DNA of 64,000 nt from Christensenellaceae bacterium (GTDB taxonomy: Bacteria; Bacillota; Clostridia; Christensenellales; Borkfalkiaceae): NCBI GenBank assembly GCA_045644165.1, contig JAZRGN010000002.1, positions 41 through 64,040 on the forward strand, in the 5' to 3' direction. Under the pieces are notes generated by a model. It saw only the letters and a program-made list of their open reading frames with translations, was not told the origin of the DNA and did no database searches. Of this stretch, positions 17,685 through 24,714 are shown in pieces. The translations under genes were made by a program, and so were the position numbers. Every line of letters begins with the position of its first letter. The stretch's first letter is position 1.

Positions 17685-18664
17685 TAGATTTAACTTCTCT
17701 TATTAAAAGCACAAAGGCATACGAAAGTGTTAAAACAGATACGAAAGAAGGTAGGCTTTCACACGCCTACTTACTCCTTTGCGCCGATAAAGAGAATTTA
17801 GATAGCTATCTAAAGGAGTTTGCAAAAGCAATTTTCTGTTTAGAGGGCAACGGCTGTGGAAAATGTAGACCTTGTTCGCTAATAGAAAAGGGACTTTTTG
17901 CCGACGTGGTTTTTCTTCCCAAAGAGGGACAAATTATCTCGGCAGACGATATAACTTCCGTAGTTCAAGATACTTTCGTTAAACCATACGAGGCAGATAA
18001 AAAACTTTATTTAATAAGCCACGGCGAAACTATGAACGCTACGGCTCAAAACAAACTACTTAAAACCCTTGAAGAACCACCTAAAAACGTTCACATAATT
18101 ATAGGCGCAACTAACGAGCATTCTTTGTTGCCTACTATAAAATCAAGGGTTAAGAAATTAGAGATACCTGCCTTTACTAACGATAGGCTAATTTCTGCGT
18201 TGAAAGACGAATGTAGAGATATTCAAAAACTTACCAACGCAGTTTGTATTAGCGACGGAACGGTGGGTAGCGCTCTAAGATATTATAACGACGAAAATAT
18301 AACCGACTGCATTGATTTTTGCATAGACCTTTTAATCAATATGCAATCTAGCAGTCAAGTGATAGATTATACAGATAATCTATTAAAGTTAAAGTGCGAT
18401 TTTTTAGACCTTCTTACCGTGTTAGAAGTTTTGGTAAGAGATATGCTAGTGCTAGGTTGTAACAAGAAGGATTTGACGTTCAGTCAAAGCGCACTCGAGA
18501 GGTTGCATACTGCAAAGGGTTTTACAAAAGGTTCTCTTATAGCGATAATGCAAGATATTGTAAGCGCAAGAAAGAGGATAGAGGCTAACTCTAGTAAAAA
18601 CATGGTTGCAGAATGGCTACTCTTTAAGATTTTGGAGGAAAAATATAAATGGCAAAAATTATAG
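17681..18664 (+). CDS. holB: DNA polymerase III subunit delta'
   Basis: SHAYLLL.., KLLKTLEEPP, SRV.. motifs. It follows tmk with an ATGA overlap, as in Bacillus. Confidence 0.85.
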   Translation: MIDLTSLIKSTKAYESVKTDTKEGRLSHAYLLLCADKENLDSYLKEFAKAIFCLEGNGCGKCRPCSLIEKGLFADVVFLPKEGQIISADDITSVVQDTFVKPYEADKKLYLISHGETMNATAQNKLLKTLEEPPKNVHIIIGATNEHSLLPTIKSRVKKLEIPAFTNDRLISALKDECRDIQKLTNAVCISDGTVGSALRYYNDENITDCIDFCIDLLINMQSSSQVIDYTDNLLKLKCDFLDLLTVLEVLVRDMLVLGCNKKDLTFSQSALERLHTAKGFTKGSLIAIMQDIVSARKRIEANSSKNMVAEWLLFKILEEKYKWQKL

Positions 18665-19530
18665 GCGTAAAATTTAAAGACACTTCAAAGGTGTATTACT
18701 TTTCGCCGGCAAACGATACCGAGCGTTACCCTCAAGGTTCGGGTGTAATTGTTGAAACTGCTAAAGGCACCGAATACGGCAAAGTGGTTTTCGACGTGAG
18801 GGAAATAAGTGAAGACAAACTCACTCACCCTCTAAAACCCGTAATTAGAAGAGCGACGGAAAAAGACGAAAAAACCATGCTTGAATTCGAGAAAAAAGTT
18901 CCAGAGGCTTTAAAATTCGCCGAAGAGCAAGTTGCCGAACTTAAACTCGATATGAAGTTAATTAACTGCGAATATTCTTTCGACGGTAAAAAGTTGATTT
19001 TCTATTTTTCAGCAGATAAGAGGGTTGATTTTAGAGAACTACTAAAAGTATTCGCATCTAAATTCCACACGAGAATAGAATTAAGGCAAATTGGCGTAAG
19101 AGATGAAACCAAGATTTTAGGGGGCATTGCCCCTTGTGGCAGAACTTGTTGTTGCGCAGGCACTATTCAAGATTTTGGGAAGGTTACCATTAAAATGGCA
19201 AAGAATCAAGGCTTGCACCTTAACCCAAGCAAAATTAGTGGACTTTGTGGTAGACTTATGTGTTGTTTAGAATATGAAAACGACTACTATGCAGAAGTTT
19301 ATCCAAAAATGCCTAAAGTTGGTGGAACGGTTAAAACTCCAGAGGGCGAAGGCGTTGTGGTTTCAAACGATATGCTTAAACTAATATGTAAAGTTAAGGT
19401 TCAAAAACCTGACGGTGGAGAGGTTTACAAGGATTTTAAGGTAGACCAATTAGAGTTTAAGAAGAATAAGCCTGAAAACAATCCTAAAAACGACGAAGAA
19501 TTAGAAGAACTCGAGAAAATTTTAGATTAG
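18649..19530 (+). CDS. ricT: PSP1-domain protein RicT/YaaT (stage 0 sporulation / RNA maturation complex subunit)
   Basis: Conserved Cys cluster GGIAPCGRTCCC..ISGLCGRLMCCL and the position after holB. Confidence 0.9.
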   Translation: MAKIIGVKFKDTSKVYYFSPANDTERYPQGSGVIVETAKGTEYGKVVFDVREISEDKLTHPLKPVIRRATEKDEKTMLEFEKKVPEALKFAEEQVAELKLDMKLINCEYSFDGKKLIFYFSADKRVDFRELLKVFASKFHTRIELRQIGVRDETKILGGIAPCGRTCCCAGTIQDFGKVTIKMAKNQGLHLNPSKISGLCGRLMCCLEYENDYYAEVYPKMPKVGGTVKTPEGEGVVVSNDMLKLICKVKVQKPDGGEVYKDFKVDQLEFKKNKPENNPKNDEELEELEKILD

Positions 19531-19592
19531 TGTGTTGACAAATTTATAAGTTTGTTTTACAATAAAAGAAGAAAATTAAGGAGGCTAGTCCA

Positions 19593-19763
19593 ATGGCTTA
19601 TAAAATTGACGAAAAATGTATTTCATGTGGTGCTTGTGCAGACACTTGCCCAACCGGCGCTATCAGCGAAGGTGAAACTCAATTCGTTATCGACGCAGAT
19701 GTTTGCGTTAGCTGTGGTGCTTGCGCAGGTGGCTGTCCTGTAGAAGCAATTTCAGAAGAATAA
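19593..19763 (+). CDS. 2x[4Fe-4S] clostridial-type ferredoxin (56 aa; below the ORF-track cut-off)
   Basis: AAGGAGG SD. Translation: [56 protein letters not shown], with two CxxCxxCxxxCP motifs. Confidence 0.9.
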   Translation: MAYKIDEKCISCGACADTCPTGAISEGETQFVIDADVCVSCGACAGGCPVEAISEE

Positions 19764-19791
19764 TTTTTGAAATAAAAGATAACAAACTTTA

Positions 19792-19816
19792 GGGCACGAA
19801 TTTTTCGTGCCTTAAT
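19792..19816 (+). terminator. Rho-independent terminator
   Basis: ggcacga-attttt-cgtgcc followed by a T-rich tail. Confidence 0.7.
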
Positions 19817-19844
19817 TTTTACTTTCTTTACGGGTGGTTTGTCC

Positions 19845-20510
19845 ATGATAAAAATAGAAGATTTAAACTTAGAAAACCTAAAAGTTATGCAAGACGACCA
19901 ATTATACTGTTTCACCTCCGATTCGGTGTTGCTCACTCGTTTTGCTAAGGCAAAGAAGAACGACGACGTTGCCGACTTTTGCTCTGGCAGTGGAATAGTA
20001 GGATTTAATTTTTATGGACTTAATAAAAATTTAGTAAAAAAGGTCAGTCTTTTTGAAATACAAAAGCCTCTTTTCGAGTTATCGGTAAAATCTATCGAAT
20101 TAAACGGTTTAGAAAAAGTCTTTTCTGCGCATAACCTTAAAATTCAAGAGATAGACTCATCTTTTAATGAAAGGTTTTCGCTAATTTTATGTAATCCACC
20201 CTACATGAAAGTAACTTCCGGCGAAACAAAAGAAAAACTTGAAATGGCAATGTGTTGGAGCGAAGTTGCGCTAACGCTTGAAGAACTAATAAATGCAGTT
20301 AGCAAATGCTTAAAATTTGGTGGAAGATTCTGCATGGTGCACCGTGTAGATAGACTAACCGACGCTATGGTTTTAATGAGACGGTATAACCTTGAGCCGA
20401 AAAGACTTCAATTTGTAAACGCCAAAAACAAAGAACCCTATCTATTCTTAGCAGAGGGCGTTAAGGGTGGAAAGTCTGGGGTAAAGGTGCTTTCCCCAAT
20501 TATGAATTAA
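19845..20510 (+). CDS. SAM-dependent methyltransferase, YabB / tRNA(adenine-N6) TrmN6-like
   Basis: CSGSGIVG SAM motif and the LILCNPPYMK (NPPY) motif. The position before rsmI matches Bacillus yabB. Confidence 0.75.
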   Translation: MIKIEDLNLENLKVMQDDQLYCFTSDSVLLTRFAKAKKNDDVADFCSGSGIVGFNFYGLNKNLVKKVSLFEIQKPLFELSVKSIELNGLEKVFSAHNLKIQEIDSSFNERFSLILCNPPYMKVTSGETKEKLEMAMCWSEVALTLEELINAVSKCLKFGGRFCMVHRVDRLTDAMVLMRRYNLEPKRLQFVNAKNKEPYLFLAEGVKGGKSGVKVLSPIMN

Positions 20511-20519
20511 GGAGATAAA

Positions 20520-21320
20520 ATGTTATATCTTGTAGCAACGCCAATAGGAAATTTGAAAGATATTTCTCTTAGGGCGCTCGAAGTGTTAAAATCGGTAGAT
20601 GAAATTGCGTGTGAAGATACTCGTCATTCATTGACGCTTTTGAGAGCATACGAAATAAACAAGCCACTTTTTTCCTATCATAAATTTAACGAAAGAGAAA
20701 GTGGCGAAAAATTAATCGAAAAGTTAAGGCAGGGCAAGAATATTGCTCTTATAACCGACGCCGGAATGCCCGTCGTTTCAGACCCAGGGAATATTTTAGT
20801 TAAAATGCTTATAGAAAACGACCTAGAATACACGGTTATTCCAGGTGCTTGCGCTTTTGTTTCGGCTTTAGCGCTTAGTGGTTTAGATGCGTCTAGATTT
20901 TGTTTTTTTGGCTTTTTACCTCAAAAAACAGGTGAGAGAAAAGAGTTTTTAGAAAAGTATAAAAATTTAGAGGCAACCCTCATTTTCTATTCTGCACCAC
21001 ACGACGTTGTTAAGGACGTTGAAACGCTTTATTCGGTGCTAGGCGATAGGAAAGCCGTTGCAGTAAAAGAAATTACCAAACTTCACGAAAGGGTAGAAAG
21101 GTTTAACCTTAAAGACGGCTATCAAGGACAGCCTAAAGGGGAATACGTTTTGTTAGTAGAGGGTGGTTTGGTTCAAGAAGAAAATAAAGAACTATCTAAC
21201 AAACAACTTATCGACTTATATATTTCACAAGGACTTGACAAAAAAGAAGCGCTAAAGAAGGTTGCAAAAGAAAGAAATATTGCAAAATCAGAGTTATATA
21301 AATTAACTATAACAAACTAA
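20520..21320 (+). CDS. rsmI: 16S rRNA (cytidine1402-2'-O)-methyltransferase
   Basis: LYLVATPIGNLKDISLRALEVLK..IACEDTR..ITDAGMPVVSDPG. Confidence 0.95.
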   Translation: MLYLVATPIGNLKDISLRALEVLKSVDEIACEDTRHSLTLLRAYEINKPLFSYHKFNERESGEKLIEKLRQGKNIALITDAGMPVVSDPGNILVKMLIENDLEYTVIPGACAFVSALALSGLDASRFCFFGFLPQKTGERKEFLEKYKNLEATLIFYSAPHDVVKDVETLYSVLGDRKAVAVKEITKLHERVERFNLKDGYQGQPKGEYVLLVEGGLVQEENKELSNKQLIDLYISQGLDKKEALKKVAKERNIAKSELYKLTITN

Positions 21321-21346
21321 AAAAGTCGCAAAATGCGACTTTTTTA
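21319..21346 (+). terminator. Rho-independent terminator of rsmI
   Basis: aaaaagtcgca-aaa-tgcgacttttt. Confidence 0.8.
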
Positions 21347-21359
21347 ATTGTTTTTAACT

Positions 21360-21450
21360 AAAAACCTCCAAAAAACTCAAAAAACACTAAAATCGCAAGA
21401 AAAAGACTAACAAAAAAAGAAAAAATTTTTTAAAAAATCGCATAAAACGC
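21360..21450. other. Nine A-tracts phased at about 10-11 bp (predicted intrinsic DNA curvature / UP-like region)
   Basis: A-runs start at 21360, 21370, 21379, 21389, 21400, 21412, 21420, 21432 and 21444. Confidence 0.6.
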
Positions 21451-21479
21451 TTGCCAAATCTTGTCGAAAAGTGTATCAT
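21451..21479 (+). promoter_or_regulatory. Near-consensus sigma-A promoter with extended -10 and no ORF downstream
   Basis: TTGCCA-17 nt-TATCAT, with TGt just upstream of the -10. Confidence 0.6.
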
Positions 21480-21485
21480 TACAAA

Positions 21486-22095
21486 TGATAAAAGCATTTA
21501 ACAATTTATTCGCTCATCATTTTCCCCCTTATCATATATTATTCAGGAAGCAGTAACGAGATGTTATTGCTTTTTGAATTTTAAACCATACTGCTTCCTT
21601 CTCCTCTGCTATCGCTACGGAGCACTAGTCCGTCATGTATGCATTGTCAAAGTCGTGCAGTTCGCAATGGCAGTCGTCGTTGCTTTTTGAATTTTATTTA
21701 AGACTTTATAAACTTCGTTATGCGTCGTTTGCTGATTCGCCAAAACAACCCCAATGACCAAAAAGGTCTATTGTGTCTGTTTTGGCTCTCGAGCCTAGCC
21801 TAACTCGTTTCTAAAGTCTTAAATATATAGGTCTATCTCGTAGGTCTATTTCGTCCTTTTGTTTGCACGAGCCTTGACCTGCTCGTTTCTAAAGTCTTAA
21901 ATATATAGGTCTATTGTGTCTGTTTTGGCTCTCGAGCCTAGCCTAACTCGTTTCTAAAGTCTTAAATATTAGGCTATCTAGCATTGTTGGGCGTGCCTTG
22001 ACCTGCTCGAATCTATCACTTTGCCTATGTGGAAAAGAGCCTTGTTTTGCTCGTTTATAAATTCTTAAATCTAATAAATTGATTGAAAATTAAAA
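21486..22095 (+). ncRNA. Candidate long noncoding transcript or structured RNA of unknown class
   Basis: About 600 nt between the orphan promoter and the proximal promoter of the next gene. It has no SD-supported ORF. It contains an 11-bp perfect hairpin (21545-55/21589-99) and a repeat array. The 3' end is not defined. Confidence 0.3.
21693..22072. repeat. Mosaic array of direct and inverted repeats
   Basis: Exact 63-bp duplication at 21764-21826 and 21907-21969. Exact 33-nt repeat ctcgtttctaaagtcttaaatatataggtctat at 21804 and 21882. Variants at 21947 and 22050, and a partial copy at about 21991-22013. Inverted copy atttaagactttataaac at 21696-21713. Confidence 0.85.
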
Positions 22096-22100
22096 AATAG

Positions 22101-22129
22101 TTGAAAACTTTTCTTAAAAGTGCTAATAT
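22101..22129 (+). promoter_or_regulatory. Proximal promoter of the C_GCAxxG_C_C gene
   Basis: TTGAAA-17 nt-TAATAT with TGc upstream of the -10. Confidence 0.5.
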
Positions 22130-22158
22130 ATAAATCAATTAATTAGGGAGAAATGCTT

Positions 22159-22581
22159 ATGACTAAAGGTGAATTAGCAAAAGAGAATTTTGGAAAAGGC
22201 ATGAATTGTGCTCAAGCAGTTTTGATTGCGTTCAAAGATGAAATTGGTTTGCCAGAAGAAACACTCAAGAAATTTATAATCGGTTTTGGTGGTGGCTTTG
22301 GTCGCCAACGCTTAACCTGTGGTGCCGTATCTGGTATGGTTGCCGTTTTAGGACTTCTAAAAAGCGACGGAGAAGATAAACTAGCGTCCTATTCGCTAGT
22401 GCAACAAGCGTGCGCCGAGTTTATAAGCGAGTTAGGAACTCTTTCGTGTGCAGAACTTTTAGATGGAATTACTAACGATAAATCACCAACCCCTGACGCT
22501 AGAACTCCAGAATATTACAAAAAACGTCCTTGTGCAGAGATTTGTGAGATTGCCGCTAACATAGTCGAAAAATACTTATAA
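22159..22581 (+). CDS. C_GCAxxG_C_C family (putative redox-active) protein
   Basis: NCAQAVL.., LTCGAVSGMV, SCAELL, PCAEIC pattern. The ATG at 22159 is 8 nt after AGGGAG. Confidence 0.75.
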   Translation: MTKGELAKENFGKGMNCAQAVLIAFKDEIGLPEETLKKFIIGFGGGFGRQRLTCGAVSGMVAVLGLLKSDGEDKLASYSLVQQACAEFISELGTLSCAELLDGITNDKSPTPDARTPEYYKKRPCAEICEIAANIVEKYL

Positions 22582-22584
22582 AAT

Positions 22585-22619
22585 AAAAGACCGTCGAGTG
22601 TAATGCCTCGACGGTTTTA
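22585..22619. terminator. Bidirectional terminator
   Basis: accgtcgag-tgtaatgc-ctcgacggt with flanking A and T runs. Confidence 0.75.
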
Positions 22620-22635
22620 GTTTTTATACGTTAAA

Positions 22636-23784
22636 TTAAAAATTAGGGTTTAATTTATCCAATTCCTTCTTGAATGCTTTTGAAGAAAATAGAATTGTTC
22701 CAACAACTATAACGAGCGCAATATCGACGAAAACGTAGGAGTTGTAAACTGCGCTAAAGGTAAAGAATGAATTTGCCTCTGCATCCATAGCGTAAGCGCC
22801 GAAAGCAAATACTCCCGATAGCACGTGCGAGGCGTATCTAAACACACCTGTAAATCCTGCGCCCAATGCAAATTTTAGAGATGGTTTTTCGCTTAGCAAT
22901 TTTAAGTCGGTAAATAATCCTGAAAGAGCGATAGTAGAGAAAGCGATAGGATAATCTAATAAGAATTGTGCAGGGTGAACGATAAAAGGGTCTTGAATGG
23001 CTTGAAGTAAACCATAAATTATTCCTACTAAAAGACCTTTTTTCATTCCGTAGATATTGGCAAAAATACAAATAGGCAAAAATGAAATAAGAGTTATAGA
23101 ACCACCTTGAAGCCACATTGCTTCAAACTTAATAAACGAAAGAGTAAACGATAGAGCAATGCATACGCCTGCTAATGAAATGCACTTTGTATCGTATGGC
23201 GTTTTGTTTTTTCTGCCGATAATAAAGCATAAAGCAACTAAAACAACTGTAAATGCAATAGCGCTAACGTAAAGGGCGATAGAGTTTAGTTTGCCGTAAT
23301 CTCCCGTGTAATATCCGTCGCCTACTATATTTTTAGAGTAGAAAAGGTAAGTTAAAACAAGGCTCGTTATAACGCCACAAGCAAGCAGACAGCCGACGAT
23401 TAAACCAATTCTTTTTAGTAGAGTTGGTTTCTCTTTTGCAATAATAAATACGGCAATTCCTCCTAAAAGCCCAATACAAAGCGTTATTAAAAGTGGTAAG
23501 AAAACGTAGTTAATTATATCTTTATTAACGTAGTTTTTCTCTAAATAGGCAAGGTCGTATTTTTTAGATATTTCTGCTATCAATAAAATTATGCCTAGTA
23601 TAAGTGCATAACCTATTAATGCGAAAAATCCGTATTTTACGGTTTTGCTAGTCAAGTCTTTTCTTATTGCCATAGTAATCAAAACGGCAATAAGGAATGC
23701 ACCTAAAACACCAATGGTAAGCCATAGCGAAACAGGTTCGAGCTTATCAATTAAATAAGCAGTAGAAAGTAGATTAAAATACAT
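22636..23784 (-). CDS. thiT: ThiT/YuaJ-like thiamine transporter S-component fused to an extra ~190-aa N-terminal polytopic domain
   Basis: The C-terminal half (..LQGGSITLISFLPICIFANIYGMKKGLLVGIIYGLLQ..HPAQFLLDYPIAF..) resembles ThiT. A TPP riboswitch lies upstream. The ATG at 23784 follows AAAGGAGGA. The ORF-track start at 23862 lies inside the riboswitch. Confidence 0.7.
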   Translation of the reverse strand: MYFNLLSTAYLIDKLEPVSLWLTIGVLGAFLIAVLITMAIRKDLTSKTVKYGFFALIGYALILGIILLIAEISKKYDLAYLEKNYVNKDIINYVFLPLLITLCIGLLGGIAVFIIAKEKPTLLKRIGLIVGCLLACGVITSLVLTYLFYSKNIVGDGYYTGDYGKLNSIALYVSAIAFTVVLVALCFIIGRKNKTPYDTKCISLAGVCIALSFTLSFIKFEAMWLQGGSITLISFLPICIFANIYGMKKGLLVGIIYGLLQAIQDPFIVHPAQFLLDYPIAFSTIALSGLFTDLKLLSEKPSLKFALGAGFTGVFRYASHVLSGVFAFGAYAMDAEANSFFTFSAVYNSYVFVDIALVIVVGTILFSSKAFKKELDKLNPNF

Positions 23785-23805
23785 GAGTCCTCCTTTATTC
23801 GCTAC

Positions 23806-23831
23806 GAAAAAACGCACCCGATTGGGTGCGC
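23806..23831 (-). terminator. TPP riboswitch terminator (expression platform)
   Basis: Minus strand reads GCGCACCC-AAUC-GGGUGCG followed by U6, 22 nt before the SD. Confidence 0.75.
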
Positions 23832-23839
23832 TAAATTTT

Positions 23840-23920
23840 CTATCATTTGCATTTTCCTTCAAGCATTACCTTGCGGATTCAATGGTATAATCTCAGCCAA
23901 ACGGCACCCATAGCGAATAT
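23840..23920 (-). promoter_or_regulatory. TPP (THI-box) riboswitch
   Basis: Minus strand reads CGCTATGGGTGCCGTTTGGCTGAGATTATACCATTGAATCCGCAAGGTAATGCTTGAAGGAAAA. This carries the GGGTGC, GCTGAGA, ACC..TTGAA, GGTAATGC and AGGAA hallmarks. Confidence 0.85.
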
Positions 23921-23937
23921 TTAATTTTGATAGCATT

Positions 23938-23966
23938 AATTTATCACAATTTTTTTATTGCGTCAA
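23938..23966 (-). promoter_or_regulatory. Promoter of the TPP leader and thiT
   Basis: Minus strand reads TTGACG-17 nt-TAAATT with TGa upstream of the -10. Confidence 0.5.
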
Positions 23967-23986
23967 GCATTTTTTTGTGATACAAT
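23958..23986 (+). promoter_or_regulatory. Promoter of the yfbR-like gene; its -35 overlaps the divergent -35
   Basis: TTGCGT-17 nt-TACAAT with TGa upstream of the -10. Confidence 0.5.
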
Positions 23987-24017
23987 TAAAAAACTCAAAA
24001 TAAAGGTGGAATTATAT

Positions 24018-24593
24018 ATGAGTAAATTTTTTGCTTTCCTAAACAGAATGAAATATATTAAACGCTGGTCGCTTATGCGCTCCATAAGAGAAGAAAATAT
24101 AATGGAGCATAGCCAACAAGTTGCAGTTATAGCGCATGCCCTTGCTCTAATCAATAATAAAATATATAAGGGTAGCGTAGATGCGAACAAGGTCGTTTTA
24201 CTTGCGCAATATCACGAAGTGGGTGAAGTTATCACGGGCGATTTGCCAACCCCTATTAAATACTTCAATCCTGAAATCAGGTCTGCTTATAAAGACTTGG
24301 AAAAAAACGCTTGCGAAAGAATACTAGGCATGCTTCCTGAAGAATTTAGAGAAGAATATCGTAAATTCGTTCTTCCAAACGAAGATACTTACGAGTATAA
24401 ACTAGTTAAGTGTGCAGATAGGCTATCTGCATATCTAAAATGTGTTGAAGAAACCAAGGCTGGAAACAGCGAATTCAAAAAGGCAAAAACTACCATTGGC
24501 TGTGAACTTAAAAAATGTGGCGTTCCAGAGGTGGAATATTACCTTAAAGAGTTCGCTCCTGCATTCGACCTCACTTTAGATGAACTAGATTAA
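24018..24593 (+). CDS. HD-domain 5'-deoxynucleotidase, YfbR-like
   Basis: MKYIKRWSLMRSIREENIMEHSQQVA..YHEVGEVITGDLPTPIK. The ATG at 24018 follows AAAGGTGGA. Confidence 0.8.
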   Translation: MSKFFAFLNRMKYIKRWSLMRSIREENIMEHSQQVAVIAHALALINNKIYKGSVDANKVVLLAQYHEVGEVITGDLPTPIKYFNPEIRSAYKDLEKNACERILGMLPEEFREEYRKFVLPNEDTYEYKLVKCADRLSAYLKCVEETKAGNSEFKKAKTTIGCELKKCGVPEVEYYLKEFAPAFDLTLDELD

Positions 24594-24644
24594 AATTTGT
24601 GCAAAATGCACAAAAAATTTTTGTATTTTTATATAAAATAATGC

Positions 24645-24673
24645 TTGAAAAATTAAATTATATGTTATATAAT
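24645..24673 (+). promoter_or_regulatory. Sigma-A-type promoter
   Basis: TTGAAA-17 nt-TATAAT. Confidence 0.55.
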
Positions 24674-24714
24674 AGTTAAGTAAAAAACTTTGCCCATATG
24701 GGCGTGGAGGAAAA

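Noticed and set aside
19552-19936. ORFs 19552-19743 (+) and 19679-19936 (-).
   Set aside because: They are out-of-frame or antisense shadows of the ferredoxin gene and its terminator. The ferredoxin frame has canonical CxxCxxCxxxCP motifs and an AAGGAGG SD.
21544-21600. tcaggaagcag resembles the GGAAGCAGC core of SRP (4.5S/scRNA) domain IV.
   Set aside because: Here the segment is the 5' arm of a long 11-bp hairpin pairing with tactgcttcct. There is no GNRA-type tetraloop context or symmetric/asymmetric loop pattern of SRP RNA.
21655-21675. gcagttcgcaatggc looked like a tRNA T-arm (GTTCGAAT-like loop).
   Set aside because: The flanking stems do not pair properly. No acceptor, D or anticodon arms can be built around it.
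21635-21766. 43-codon ORF (MYALSKSCSSQWQSSLLFEFYLRLYKLRYASFADSPKQPQ) and 7-codon mini-ORFs (21561, 21667) inside the orphan transcript.
   Set aside because: There is no SD at a workable distance (the nearest GGAG is 13 nt away). The composition is unlike the real proteins here, and the ORF runs through repeat sequence. It is probably not coding.
21764-22072. Considered whether the repeat array is a CRISPR array (minus-strand repeats with a 3' hairpin, reminiscent of type V).
   Set aside because: The repeat period is irregular (78, 65, 103 bp). The repeats differ in their hairpin part. The spacers are themselves duplicated (63-bp exact block). No cas gene is in the window. I keep it as an unexplained repeat, not a CRISPR.
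23785-23862. ORF-track N-terminal extension of the thiT-like gene (MKENANDRKFSAPNRVRFFVANKGGL).
   Set aside because: This stretch is the TPP riboswitch 3' part and its terminator. The ATG at 23784 has a perfect AAAGGAGGA SD.
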